Shown: positions 44,323 to 57,427, counted from the first letter of the stretch. The stretch: DNA of 64,000 nt from Octopus vulgaris (GCA_951406725.2 OX597817.1:93434001-93498000), one strand, 5' to 3'. A program made the numbers and translations. The notes: generated from the letters alone by a model not told the origin.

Positions 44323-44873
44323 AATACAGTTCTATATTTAAGAGATGAGAAATTATGTACATTATTTACATTTGACGGATATTTGTCCTCATCTTGTTTG
44401 TTGTTAATGCAACGTCTCAGCTGATATGCCCTTCATCAGGTTGTCTTGGGGAAATTTCAAACCTGGTTTCTCATTCCTAAGGATTTTTTCTATGTTATTA
44501 TTATTATTCAGGTTACTGCCTGGAATCAAACTTGGAATCTTGGGGTTAGTAGCCCGCATTCTATGCCATATGCCTGTGGGCATATGGCATAGTGGTTAAA
44601 AGCGCAGGCTACTAACATCAAGATTCCAGGCAGTGACGACGACGACGACGACGTCGTCGTCCTCGTCATCATCATCATCATCATCATCAACATCAACAAC
44701 AACATCACCATCACCATTCTTTATAAAAGAAGCGGGTAAAAAGAAATACCTTAGGAATGAGTACCCAGGTTTGAAATTTCCCCAAGACAACCTGATGAAG
44801 GCTGGAGGGTATATTAGCCAAAACATTAACAACAAACAAGATGAGGACAGATATCCATCAAATGTAAATAATG
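44323..44873. mobile_element. Palindromic element: two head-to-head tRNA-head + microsatellite + hammerhead units, ~14-bp TSD
   Basis: Centre ctatgccatatgcc-tgtg-ggcatatggcatag; arms are reverse complements; flanks tagactggttttat (44309-44322) and tagattggttttat (44874-44887). Confidence 0.8.
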
Positions 44874-45735
44874 TAGATTGGTTTTATTAAAACATAGAAC
44901 TCATTAGTGGTTCATGGAAAAAGTTACACAAAAGAAGAGAATAGTGAACGAAAGATACAGGAAATAGAAAAAGAGAAAAGAGTACAAGTGTAGTGGCCAT
45001 TTAGAGTTATTCTCATTTTATCAAATTACCTAGGGCCATGTCTGTCTCATTCTGCTGGAAATAAAGTAGGAAAACTGCTATGCTGATGATGCTAAGTGAG
45101 GCAGAAATATGCAACTACAGCTGTCCTTTATCTCCAGACACACAGACTGTCTTTTCCTTAATGGTGCATCAGTTTTGGAAAAGTCTCAATTCTCGAGATC
45201 ATCTCTCCTTATTTGGAGTTGGTCTCAAGTGCCACCAAGTGATTGTTTCGCCTACACTGGAAGCAGAGATATTTTCCTTAAAACAAGAATAATTTTGTAT
45301 AGTATTAACACTTTGTAACATATGAAGTTTTGACAGAAGATTATGATTTAGATCACTTTAAAACAGAAAGTATACATCAGGGTAGTCTCGAATGGTTCGG
45401 CATGAAAAGTGTTCAAATTACATGCCCATGGCCACTACAAAGTTATTTCTCTTGGTTCAATTCAAATATATATATATACATACATATACATACATATGCA
45501 TACATATACACACATCCACATTTGTATAATGTATGTTTGTCTCATTTTCTTGAGATCATGCAACAGATATAACCAAGCATCACCACCATACAAGCTGTGT
45601 GTTTCTGTAAAAACATGTCCAATCATGAGAAAATATTGTGTAGCTGAAAAACTACTTTAAAAATTTCATATGCTCCATGCAAGTATGGAAAAGCCAATGT
45701 TAAAATGTAGAAAAGAGGGGGGGGAGATAAAAGTA

Positions 45736-46050
45736 GGCACAGCATGGCTATGTGGTAAGAAGCTCGCTTCTGAACCACATGGTTAGGGAGTTGGGTAAGT
45801 GTCTTCTATTATAGCCGCAGGCCAGCCAAAGCCTTGTGAGTGGGTTTGGTTGACAGAAACTGTAAGAAGCTTGTCATGTGTGTTTCTCCCCACCATTGCT
45901 TGACAGCTGGTGTTGGTCCCCGTAACTTAGCAGTTTGATAGAATAAGTACTAGGTTTAAAAGAAAAAGTTATTGGGCCAATTCATTCAATTAATAATTCT
46001 TCAAGGCAGTACCCCAACATAGCTAGAGACTGAAACAAGTAAAAGATAAA
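45736..46050 (+). mobile_element. tRNA-derived SINE (family of 22545-22957)
   Basis: Same head, body and gactgaaacaagtaaaaga tail. Confidence 0.75.
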
Positions 46051-46096
46051 GACATCAATACACATTTATACATAGTTTCACCTATCACCAACTTAA

Positions 46097-47309
46097 CCCT
46101 TTCGTTACTATATTTCTGACCAAAATACACCCCTCATGAGTTTCAATTAAATTCTAAAATAATCATGAATCTAGGCTTGTTTCATTAAATAACTGTAACT
46201 TTTTTACTTATCAACATGTTAATGTGATATTTGGAACATAATTAAAGAAAGGGTTCTTAATCAATTCTATTGCATAACTTTTGTCTCAAAGTGACTTTAA
46301 TTACAGGTAAATCCAGGTAAATTGAGCAATAGGTAAAAATAATAAAATTTTGTTTAAACATCACCATAGAAAATGAATCATCAGCTAATATTCAAATGGG
46401 TATGCAACAAAATTTTGACAAAGAAGAATTGTGCACATCACTATATCATCAGTTGAATTTAATGCACAACAGGTGTACCATAAAGGTGGAATAAAGTGAA
46501 ATACTAGAATCCACCGCAAGTTTGACCAAACTAAAGAAATCGGTCAAAAAATAATATACGGCCCTGGTTATGGTATGGAAGTGATAAATTCCAGACCACA
46601 TCGTTCCCTAGGCCATGCTAACATTAGTTTCCCTGTATAAAAACTAAATCCACAACAGTACCCAGTATTTGCTTCACAAATTTTCCAAACTTTGAACCCC
46701 CATTTTGTGTTTGTTTACAATCAGTGTAAATTTGTTTTCTAAGTGATCGCTTCAAACTAGCATACTGAAAAAAATAAAAGTCTAATGGTTTCACTTCCTA
46801 AGAAAGGCTATAGATAAACTTTATCTCCTCAGAAAAATTGCTAATAAAAACATTTAAAAATTTTTTTTACTTCATTCCGATGTAAAATCGTTTTTGCTGT
46901 CGCCATCGCCGATTTGTTTCTTTGGAATCGCTTTCATTTTCGTGCTTCTGTACCTATTTCATTCTTTTTCTCGATATCTCCCTATTTTCCGTTGAAAAAG
47001 CTTTAAATTCGGAATCAATGCTTGATAACATGAAACTCCTATCCATTTTCAAAGTTGAAGAAAAATCGATGCCGAAAAAAATGTGGAAAAAAAATCTCCC
47101 AAAATTCAGGGAATTAAAATTACACGTCGATCGTTGTACAAAACTGTAGATGAACTGTTTACGAAGTACAATCACGTGTTTTCACGAATGTACTAAAGAG
47201 ATTTGCTCTGATATTCTCATTTAAATATGAATAGGTAAATACGGGCAGCTTTGGTCACATTAACCAAAATTTTTTTCTGGCGGCTTTGGGCGGTTTAGTA
47301 ACGAAAGGG
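46097..47309. mobile_element. piggyBac-type MITE
   Basis: TTAA on both sides; 14-bp TIR ccctttcgttacta / tagtaacgaaaggg. Confidence 0.9.
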
Positions 47310-47730
47310 TTAAATTTGTTTCCAAGTCAGTTGATATATCCTCTAGTCCTCTGAACATGAACAGCACAATGACTAGACAGGGTTTTCCGGAGCATTACAA
47401 ATGAATGATACTGTTATGATAACATTTACTGACAAATGTCGTACAATGTCAAATATTATAGACTCATCTAACTGGATCACTCAAATTTGATCCAATCAAG
47501 AGCATTCAAGCCAAATAACCAGACTAAATCACATGGCCCCTGTTGTAAGCATCAGGGGGTCACGTCTTGGAGACCATGAAAAGGGCCATGGGAACTGCGC
47601 TGCCCCCACTGACTAAGCAAAAACAAAAAACACCATTAATGAAAGAAAGCTGCTGGTAGATAGTGGTAACTCATAAAAATTTGTTTTGTTGTATCATCAT
47701 CATCATCAACAACAACAGAGTATTTACCTG

Positions 47731-47820
47731 TCATTCCAGTTTCAATTCTTCTGGCAAAGATGCTTTCGGATGTTTGTTTTCAAAGTGCTGTTTGTAGGTT
47801 TTTACATCAGGCATCAAAGA
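47731..47820 (-). CDS. ZNF706: Zinc finger protein 706, second coding exon
   Basis: Acceptor tttcag| then SLMPDVKTYKQHFENKHPKASLPEELKLE*, matching the family motif MPD.KT.KQHFE.KHPK..LP.EL. Confidence 0.95.
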   Translation of the reverse strand, partial: SLMPDVKTYKQHFENKHPKASLPEELKLE

Positions 47821-48479
47821 CTGAAATTCATGAGAAACAAACACTAAGAATACAGCAAAGTAATCCTTAAATCTTACATTTAAACACCAAAAGAGATCCA
47901 CCAAATAGATTGCTAGCACTGGGAGACAAAAAAAAATTCTTTTAAAAGTTAAAAAAAATTCTCAATGCCATTTTTCTACCACCACTACAACTAATAATCT
48001 CTGATCCTCACAGCTGGCTGGTCTTGTACCACCTCCACTCAGGTATTCCTCCTCATTCACTCGTCTCACAATCCATATTGTGTTCAACCACCCAAGACTC
48101 ACACTAAACATTTTCCCAATCCTTTCTCTCTTCACCTCTTAAAATTACCCTGTCCAGGTTTTTGTTGCAGCCAACAACTTGCTAATTAATCAAGTGAAAC
48201 ATTGTCGTTCCCACTGGTCTATGACGATTATGGGATACAGTACTTTCCTCCAGAACAAATTAATACAAAAGAAATTATGTACATATTTTTAAAAAGTGAG
48301 CATGTATATGTGTGTGTGTATATATATATATGTTTATTCTTGATAGAAGTTTATTTTGGAAAACGACTGATAATCATTCTTTGCACAACAACAATGAATT
48401 AATGGAAGATAAGGCTTTTGGAGGTGACAGCCACAGTGATATATCCGTTTCTTCAGTACACACAAGCAATCTGACTTCA

Positions 48480-48800
48480 ACTAGTTCAACTTTTCAAGTG
48501 ACTTGGATAGTATATTACCATTTGAATGGGTGAAACACCATTTTCGATAATGAAATTAAACTTTTTTTTAAGTGTTGTTGATTCAAAGATCCCTTTGGAA
48601 CTTGATGTGAAGCCTGTTGATTATATTTTTTTTAAACTTGACAGGTCAAGTTTGATCAGTACAATTGCCCAGCAAACCAATTTGTATGTGGAACAAAATG
48701 AAACACCTGTCTTAATTTCATAATGAAAAAGCTGCAAAAAAAAAAAGGGGGCAGGATAAAACTTGTTTTTTGTTCGTGATGTTTGTATGTCCATGGCTTA
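48480..48800 (+). mobile_element. piggyBac transposase remnant in ZNF706 intron
   Basis: PVDYIFF..LISTIAQQTNLYVEQ resembles the piggyBac N-terminal TN.YA.Q motif; TTAA near 48798. Confidence 0.5.
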
Positions 48801-49217
48801 ATTATTTATATTCAAGTTATTACTAATATATTTCTTTACATCAACGTTTTTGAGTATGTGTTTTTAGTTATTATGTAATTAATTAATAAACACAGATGTA
48901 CAACATTTTTAGCACAAATGACTACTTAACAAACAAGTTTTTTGGTAATATTGCCAATTTTCAAAATAACCTAAAGACACTATAAACATTTGAATAAGCA
49001 AACCCACTTTTAGGTACTTTCTGCTCAATCATTATAGGACTGAGTGCTTCACTTAGATATTGAGAGCAGGGGAGGCTGATAACATTTCCAACATTCAAAA
49101 TAACTCATGTTAAATGTGAAAAGGAAGGATTAGCAGGCTGAGTAAATAAAGGAGACAACTCTATGCATTTCTGGTTAGTCATCATTAATGGCAAATATAT
49201 ATACATCTATACATTAC

Positions 49218-49352
49218 CATACAAACAGTGCACTTATAGTTGAGTGCTGCTGCTGCAGCCTTCTTCTGGTCATGTCCAGTGGATTTCTTCATTTTATCTT
49301 TCTTTAGTTTCTGTTTTTGCTGTGACTGAATTTTCTGCTGACCACGTGCCAT
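49218..49352 (-). CDS. ZNF706: Zinc finger protein 706, first coding exon
   Basis: MARGQQKIQSQQKQKLKKDKMKKSTGHDQKKAAAAALNYKCTVCM; acceptor tttttag| 4 nt before the ATG; phase-0 donor ATG|gtaatg. Confidence 0.95.
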
Positions 49353-49889
49353 AATTCTAAAAATACAGAGAGGAAATAGCACCAGTTAATACCAGCCAAA
49401 CTATAATGGACCTACACTAGATACCCAGCACTAATGACCACACTACACTGGAGCTACACCAATAAATCAGCACCTCACCTACAATAACATTAAAGTTTCC
49501 CCTTTACTGGCCTCACTCTGACAACATAATGCGGAATCCACACTAACCACACTACAATGGCCTGGCAACACTCCACTTGCACTGGCATTGCAACACTACC
49601 TACGCTGGCTGCGTAAAACTTCTTTTTTTACATGACTTCATAAAGTTACCTAATTTAGCCATACAACACTGGATTTACATTGACCACACAAACACTTCAT
49701 ATGCTAATTATTATTGCATGGTAACAAAAATTCGTTTCTTTCAGCTGGATGTTCCCAATGAAACACCAACAACAGAAATAATTGTTTGGTGCTTTGGCCA
49801 TGTCATAACAGAACCTCTATGTAGTCACTTAAACTGCCAGATATAAAAGTCTAAATTCCATCAAATCACACTCAATTTATCTTTTATCT

Positions 49890-50165
49890 TTTCTTTTACT
49901 TGTTTCAGTTATTAGACTGTGGTCATGCTGAGGAACCACCTTGAAGAATTTTAGTTAAATGAATTGACTCCAGTACTTATTCTATTGGTCTCTTTTGCCA
50001 AATTGCTAAGTTACAGGGATGTAAACACACCAACATCAGTTGTTAAGTGGTGCTGGGGGACAAACACACACAACCAGCTTCTTTGAGTTTCTATCTACCA
50101 AATACACTCACAAGGCTTAGGTCAGCCCAAGGCTAAAGTAGACATGCCCAAGGTACCACACAGTA
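49890..50165 (-). mobile_element. tRNA-derived SINE (family of 22545-22957), decayed
   Basis: tcttttacttgtttcagt...ctcacaaggc...gcccaaggt. Confidence 0.75.
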
Positions 50166-51446
50166 CCACAGTCACACCTGCACCTAGACTCAAGTGTCTA
50201 AAGAGGAAAAAGGAAAGTAGTGATTTTCTTCACTACTTCAGGGAGTGACGACCCCGTTTGACATGAGTCCCAGGCTCAGCTAGCTCCAGCTGACAGAAAA
50301 GAGACAACCTAAAAAGAAATGGATAATGCAATTTTAAACCCTTAATTTCACAGACGTCTTTGTAATTTTTTATTTTTTTATTTAAATGATGTACATACTG
50401 ATACTGAATTGAATCAAACAGAATAGACTGAACATTGGTTGGTGTGGAGGTGATCCAGAAAGCAAACAACAATCAGTGTAACATCTATCTATCTATCTAG
50501 GTCGTCCCTCAGGATGCTCTGAATGTAACATTTATCCAAATAAATATTAATATTAGAATATTAAATGCAAACTATTTGACATGGTGAGCTGAAAATAATT
50601 TTTTATCAATTGAAATTTTAACCACAATGAAAATTATTCTTACAGCAAAGATTTTTCCCAATGTCATTATTAGAACATTAAGACAAGTTCTCAAATAAAC
50701 TGATGTGTCTGAATCTCCTTTAGTGATTAATGTAAGAAATCTGTTTTTCATAGTTAATTATATAAACATAATAAACTAAGTAAATTATATTAAAATAGTT
50801 ATTTAGAATGAAATTTTCTCTGAATCAGAGATAAAAGAACAGCTGAAAACTATTCTAAGCTTAAAAAAGTAGGTCTGTTGAAATATTAATAAACTAAAGC
50901 TCCACTAACACTGCACTTAAAGGTGACCTGCAGACACTAATCATAGATAAATACTGTATGTTTACTAGTGGATGAACAGTTGATGAATAACTTTGTATTA
51001 ACACAGCGAATATACAAATATATATATACATATACGTCCGTTAATCCCACTAGTTTGACAGGTGAGATAAACGGAAGGAGTTAAGCATTCAGCCTAAAAC
51101 AATTTAGCTTTAAAGCTCTCAATAACACTAGAGTCTCATTTAATTCAAAATTTTCCCATACTTAGAAAGCTAGATAAGGTGCTTTAATTACACATACTTC
51201 TGCAGTCAACAACAAACATCAGAACTAATACCATCTGGTAAGAGATACAGACATCTGTCCAGTTTAGAACATATCTAATCCTTCCTTATTACAATAATAT
51301 ATTTCTAACGTATTGCTAACCAAATATTAGTGTTCTCTATTATAAAACCCACAGTTTACAAAATTTTCAACTTTAAATTCATAATGAATAAAGGGAAAGT
51401 ATTACGAAAATTACTAGTATTGTTTTTGTTACTATCATTATTATTA

Positions 51447-52075
51447 TTGAAGGCAGTAAGCTGGCAGAATCATTAGCATGCTGGGCAAAATGCTTAGCGG
51501 CATTTAATCTGTTACAAATTCCGCCAAGGTCAACTTTGCCTTTCATCCTTTCGGATGAAATAAGTACCAATTACACACTGGAGTCGATGTAATCGAATAT
51601 CTCCCTCGCCCAAATTTCAGGCCTTGTGCCTATAGTAGAAAGGATTATTATTATTAAGGCAGGGATCTAGCAGAATCATTAGCTTGTCAAACAAAATGAT
51701 TAGTAGCATTTCATCTATTTTTAGGTTTTGGAGTTTAAATTCCAAAGTCTACTTTGCTTTCCATCCTTTTGGGATCAATTTAATAAGCACTAGTTGTGCA
51801 CAAGAGTCAATATAGTTGTCTAGCACTCTTCCACCAAAATTTCAGGCCTTATGCCTGTAGTAGAACAGATAATTATTAAGGTGGTGAGCTGGTAGAATCA
51901 TTAACTTAGGACAAAATGGTTAGTGGCATTTCTTCTGGTTCTTTAACATTTTGAGTTCAAATGCTGCAAAGATCAATTTTGCTTTTAAACTATGAAGGGA
52001 GGATTAAAATAAAGTCCCAGCCAAGTAATTGACAAACCTCCTGCTCCTAAAACTACTGCTCATGCCAAAATGTAA
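51447..52075 (+). mobile_element. Three tandem copies of a tRNA-derived SINE
   Basis: Repeated aaggc(g/a)gt.agctggcagaatcattag...ggccttgtgcctatagtagaaaggattatt units; related copies at ~62065-62275 (+) and ~42430-42980 (-). Confidence 0.75.
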
Positions 52076-52363
52076 AATCCTTATTGTTAATATTACTATT
52101 ATTAGCACAGATCTTTGTCAAAAATTAGATCTTAGGATTCCTGTTAATAACATTTGAATACCCTAACTGTCGAATGCTAAACCGCCTACGTAGGTAGTGG
52201 GTAGTGATTTTCTTCACTACTTCAGGGAGTGACGACCCCGTTTGACACGAGTCCCAGGCTCAGCTAGCTCCAGCTGACAGAAAAGAGACAACCTAAAAAG
52301 AAATGGATAGATGGATGGAGTACTACCAGGGTCTCTACTCACAGGAGCCCACGATCGCTGAAG

Positions 52364-52962
52364 CGGCCCTGGTTATGGTATGGAAGTGATAAATTCCAGA
52401 CCACATCGTTCTCTAGGCCATGCTGACTAACATTATTTTCCCTGTATAAAAACTAAATCCACGCAGTACCCAGTATTTGCTTCACAAATTTTGCGAAATT
52501 TGAACCCCCATTTTGTGTTTGTTTACATTTTGCGTAAGTTTGTTTCCGCATTGATCGCTTCAAACAATAACTTCCAGACCACATCATACCCTAAGCCATA
52601 CTGACTAACATTAGTTTCCCTGTATAAAAACTAAATCCACAACAGTACCCAGTATTCGCTTCACAAATTTTCCAATTCGGAATCAATGCTTGATAACATG
52701 AAACTCCTATCCATTTTCAAAGTTGAAGAAAAATCGATGCCAAAAAAAATCTCCCAAACTCAGGGAATTAAAATTACACGTCGATCGTTGTACAAAACTG
52801 TAGATAAACTGTTTACGAAGTATAATCACGTGTTTTCACGAATGTACTAAAGAGATTTGCTCTGATATTCTCATTTAAATATGAATAGGTAAATACGGGC
52901 GGCTTTGGTCACATTAACCAAAATTTTTTTCAGGCGGCTTTGGGCGGTTTGGTAACGAAACG
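52364..52962. mobile_element. Partial second copy of the piggyBac-type MITE with internal duplication
   Basis: Matches ~46558-46760 (twice in part) and ~47005-47309; ends gtaacgaaacgg|ttaa. Confidence 0.85.
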
Positions 52963-53494
52963 GTTAAAGGATGCAAATCATTCCGAATCTGAAAAATATT
53001 AATGATTTGTAGGTACATGGTATTTTGTTATGCAACCATAAAATACTACAAAGTACATGAAATATTTTTATAAGTCAATACCACATTACTATTTTGTTAT
53101 GGTTATTTATAGATATTCTATAGAAATTATAGCTAGTACTGATTTTTGCTAGTGTTTGTTTACATTTAACACCTTGTATATAAAATGCTGTAGTAAAAAT
53201 CAGGGTTGGCTATAATTTCTATAGAATATTTATAGAAATAACTGTAACAAGATAAAAGATATTGTTAGGACATTATATTTAAATCTTGTTGAAGGACCAA
53301 TGTCTCACATATAAATTTAAACTATTTCTTGCTTCTGAAAAAAATTCCCTATGATGCAGTTTTGTCACTGTAAACAATAGTTTTCCTACAGTATTGGTTG
53401 GATATAATGACCCTGGTGTGCCTCGATGAAATCCTTTTGGTTGCATTGTGGTGATAACCCATTTGAAACAGGATTTGAAGTCATTTAAACTTCA

Positions 53495-53868
53495 GGAAAT
53501 GGTTAAAATGCAGCAGGAGTTGAACTCAATTTACAGATGGGCTAAGGATAATAAAAATGCAATTTAATGCTGAAAAATTCCAAGCCCTGCACTACCAGTG
53601 TCCAAAACTGAATATGAAACTTACAGGGTACACTGGTCCACAGGGAATTTCAATCCCAGAGTCTAAATTAGTGAGGGACCTGGGTATCAACATGAGTGAT
53701 GATACCTCTTTCCAAGTGCACATTACCAGGATGGTGACAAAATGCAGACAACTGGCTGGATGGATCCTGAGAACATTCAGAACCAGAGATAAGGAAACCA
53801 TGATGGTCCTTTGGAGGACATTCGTCCTCAGCCGTCTGGATTACTGCTCACAGCTATGGTCACCCAAT
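53495..53868 (+). mobile_element. CR1-like LINE fragment
   Basis: MQFNAEKFQAL..VRDLGI..WILRTF..LDYCSQLWSP. Confidence 0.85.
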
Positions 53869-55170
53869 GACTGGCATAGCAGCAGCATCATAAACTGCTA
53901 CAAAGGCAAAAGAGACAGCTTAGAGAAAAGCAACTGAAGAGGAATAAACTACAAGACCTGGTTATGAAGTTCACTAAGAGTCATAACTTAAATGGTCCAT
54001 GATAGAGTAGACCTAGAGGAGATGAATCTTTCTAGTACGCTACAAGAGAAATACTTGGCTAAGAATAAACTGCCATTCTTGATTTTCATTAATTTGAAGA
54101 AAGCTTCTGACAGACTACCATACTCAGAAATTCAGTGATCACAGAGGATACTCAGTGTAGATGAATGGCTTACAAGGGCTCTGCAAGTTATGTACAAGGA
54201 TGCAGTGAGAATCAACAATGATTTCAATGATGAATTCAGCAATGATCTCAATGATGAATTCAGCAGATAGTAGGAGTCCATCGAGGTTCAGTCCTTCATA
54301 GTCCTACAGACCATCACAGAGGAGTTTAAGACTGGCTGTCTTAAACTCCTCTTCAGCATGAAACTGCTTCACTCCAACCTTTTTCTCTTAGCTTAAAGTA
54401 ACCCCACCTCACGTGCAAGCTGCATGGCAACATTACTAGTGTTGGTGGCATGAAAAAAAAGCACCCAGTAAACACTGTAAAATGATTGATGCGAGGAAGA
54501 ACATCCAACCATAGAAACTCTCTAAAACAGAGACTAGAGTATGATGCAGTCCCTGGGCCCACTGGATCCTGTCAAATCATCCAACCAATGCCAGCATGGA
54601 AAATAGATGATGATTTTATATATATATAAAGTTTTTCTAAAGCCTATAGTGTCTATTGGGAGTGAGCTGGAGTTTATACTGGTTTTTGTGATGTTTAGCA
54701 ATAAGAGTATAAGATTATCCACCCAGTGGACAGGATACCAATTTGTCATATAATGAATTCCTTAGCAATTGTTGAAACACATTTGTAACTGATGAGACTG
54801 AAACAATGCACTTCTGAGCTACATGGCAGTGAAACATGGGTTTTGACTAGAGGACTTGTAAAGGCTTGAAAGAAATGAAGCTAGCATGCTCTGCTGAATG
54901 GGTAATGTCAGTGTATGTACACAACAGAGTGTAAGTGATTTAAGAGGAACACATTGGGTATAAGAGGCATTAGATGTTGTGTGCAAGAGAAAAAAACTGC
55001 CCTGGTGTGGTCATATGATGCATATGGATGAGGACAGTTACAAAAAGTGCCAAGCTCTACTGTGGAGGGAACTTGTGGGACAAAGTGGTGAGAAAGGATC
55101 TTTAGATACTGGGCCTCAGCAAGGAAATGATAAGGGACTGGAAGTTGTGGTGATTTGCTGTACTTGAAAA
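53868..55170 (+). mobile_element. Decayed RTE-like LINE fragments interrupted by SINE pieces
   Basis: LQEKYLAKNK..FINLKKASDR, VGVH.GSVL, L..LERNEASML, WCGHMMHM. Confidence 0.6.
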
Positions 55171-57427
55171 GACATCAAGCTAAGTAAAATTGCTATCTTC
55201 CATACATACAGGCTTGTCCTTTGCAGGTGCTGGTACCACAAAAAATGCACCCATGTTGGTGCTGCGTAAATGCCCCTGTACTGGTGGCACATAAAAAATA
55301 TTCAGCACACTGTAAAGTGGTTGGCTTTAGGAAGGGCATCCAGCTGTAGAAACCATGCCACATTTGGAGTTTGGACAGCTCTGCAGCTGGCCAGCTCCAT
55401 GTTAAAACCGTCCAACCCATGCCAGTATGGAAAACAGACATTAAAAAATGATGACGATGATGCTGGTATGAATTAGACCAAGCAGAGGCAACCTTTTTCA
55501 ATATGAGGCATGAAACATGGCTCATCTCAGGTACAATACTAAAAAAATTCAAGGTAATTTTTCATTAGCATGCCATTCAGAAAGTCATGTGGGGCTGCAT
55601 TTTGCCTCCAATCCTAACTTGCTTTTTATCTCACTGTTCCTTACAATGACGTCACTGAAATACAGATGCTTTGCTTACAAAGGGACACAAAATGTCACTG
55701 CTTCCACTCAATATTCAGAATCAACATTCACATGTACACATGACAAGATTCTGCAGTTTCTGTCTACTAAATTCATTCACAGAGCAATGGTCAACCCAAG
55801 ACTATAATAGAAAATACTTGCCCAAGATGCAAAGCACTTGTACTTAAACACAAAACTACATAGTTGCAACATGAATTTCATAACTATACAGCCTCTTAAT
55901 AAGAACTTGAACAATAAGAATCTATCCAATTCTTGCCAGCATGAACACAGTAATACTAACAATAAAATAAGATATATATACATGCTTGTTCCAATTTATA
56001 GTATTTTGTTATTAGAGTTTCAAGTCCCAGCCCATAGACACTCTTCATCTGAGGCTAACTTGTAGAGTAAATACCTTCCACAGATGGTGTTTAACACTGT
56101 AGTTTGTCAATCGTAATTCCAGTACTTATCAAATTACTAAGTTATGGGACACACAGGACTACACCATTAACAACAGTTTAAACACAGACAAATGACAAAA
56201 AAATAGTTACATTATGTAGTTAGTTTAGCAAAACAAGAAATGTTCATGTTTTACATAAAATCAACTAAAAAACAAAATTGCTATCACCTGAATGAGTTTG
56301 AAGTAGAAATAACACAGTATCAACATAAGACACAAGCATAAATGCTTGAAGAAATGTGGGTATATATGACTATGATGTATAGATACTGTTTAGTGTGTGT
56401 GGATATAGTTCAAATTTACAGAAAACAAAAGACGAAGACATGTGGGAGAACATCAAGAAGGTCATTGACATTTCCAGCCTACGCTATTTAACAGAAAGGG
56501 TTGAGAGGGAAAAAATAGAAAGAACAAAAAAAAAATGGAGAGAAAAAATGTGTAGGGATTAACAGTTCAACATGATGAAATGACCATGTGTATATATATA
56601 TATATATACACACAGAGACAAAATAGTGGTGAAGTAGGTGAAGTATCAGGGTGGAACTTGAAGGTACAAGTTGAATAGAGATCAGAGTGTATGAAGTAGT
56701 GATGGTTAGAGATGGGGAATGAATGAAGAACAGACGTTAAGGAATGGTTGATGATAGAGGGAAGAGTAGGTGATGACTGCAGTGGTTGGATAGAATCGAG
56801 AAGTTGGAAATAGAGATGGAGAAGGATGGTTCATGATACATGAGATGGGGGTGTAAGTGGAAGTAGGCGATGACTGACAGTACAGAAGGTGGTGATGGGT
56901 AGCAAGCCAAATAGTAATAATAGTAGGGAAGGGAAGAATAAGAAGATGTGGGTTAGCAGAATGCATGAGAATAAGGGGAAGGACAGATGTAATGCCGGGA
57001 AAGAGTGAAAGATGTAAGGTAGTTGAAGGCAGATAATTTGGTAGAACAGAGGGTGATTAGCGTAAAATAGGAGTGTAGAGGGGCAATATTAAGAATTAAG
57101 GACGGTTCTGGACGAATTTAGGACAAATGAAGTGGTTCTAGGAAGAGAGAAAGATAACAGGTATCACAGAAAATGATGAGACTTGCAGTTCTACTCCCAT
57201 TTAATCACACCAGCTAAATACCAAAATTATGAAGGTAATGGAAGGGTCAGAGAGACAATGGATGGTGAGAAAAACTTGAGGAGGAAATTGGGGGAAAGGT
57301 GTGTGTGTATTCAATAATGAACTAAAAGCAGTGCTAGAGTTGAAATCATTATCAACTGCACATACTCAACATGTACGTTTTGTTTATTCACAGCAGTATA
57401 GCACTTGAGTGATGAAAACACATGAAG

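Noticed and set aside
44579-44636. tRNA gene
   Set aside because: No complete cloverleaf; it is the tRNA-like head of a repeat, as are the SINE heads near 22.5 and 58.6 kb
44633-44890. Ser/Thr- or Asp-rich ORFs
   Set aside because: Translations of GAC/CAT triplet repeats inside the palindromic element
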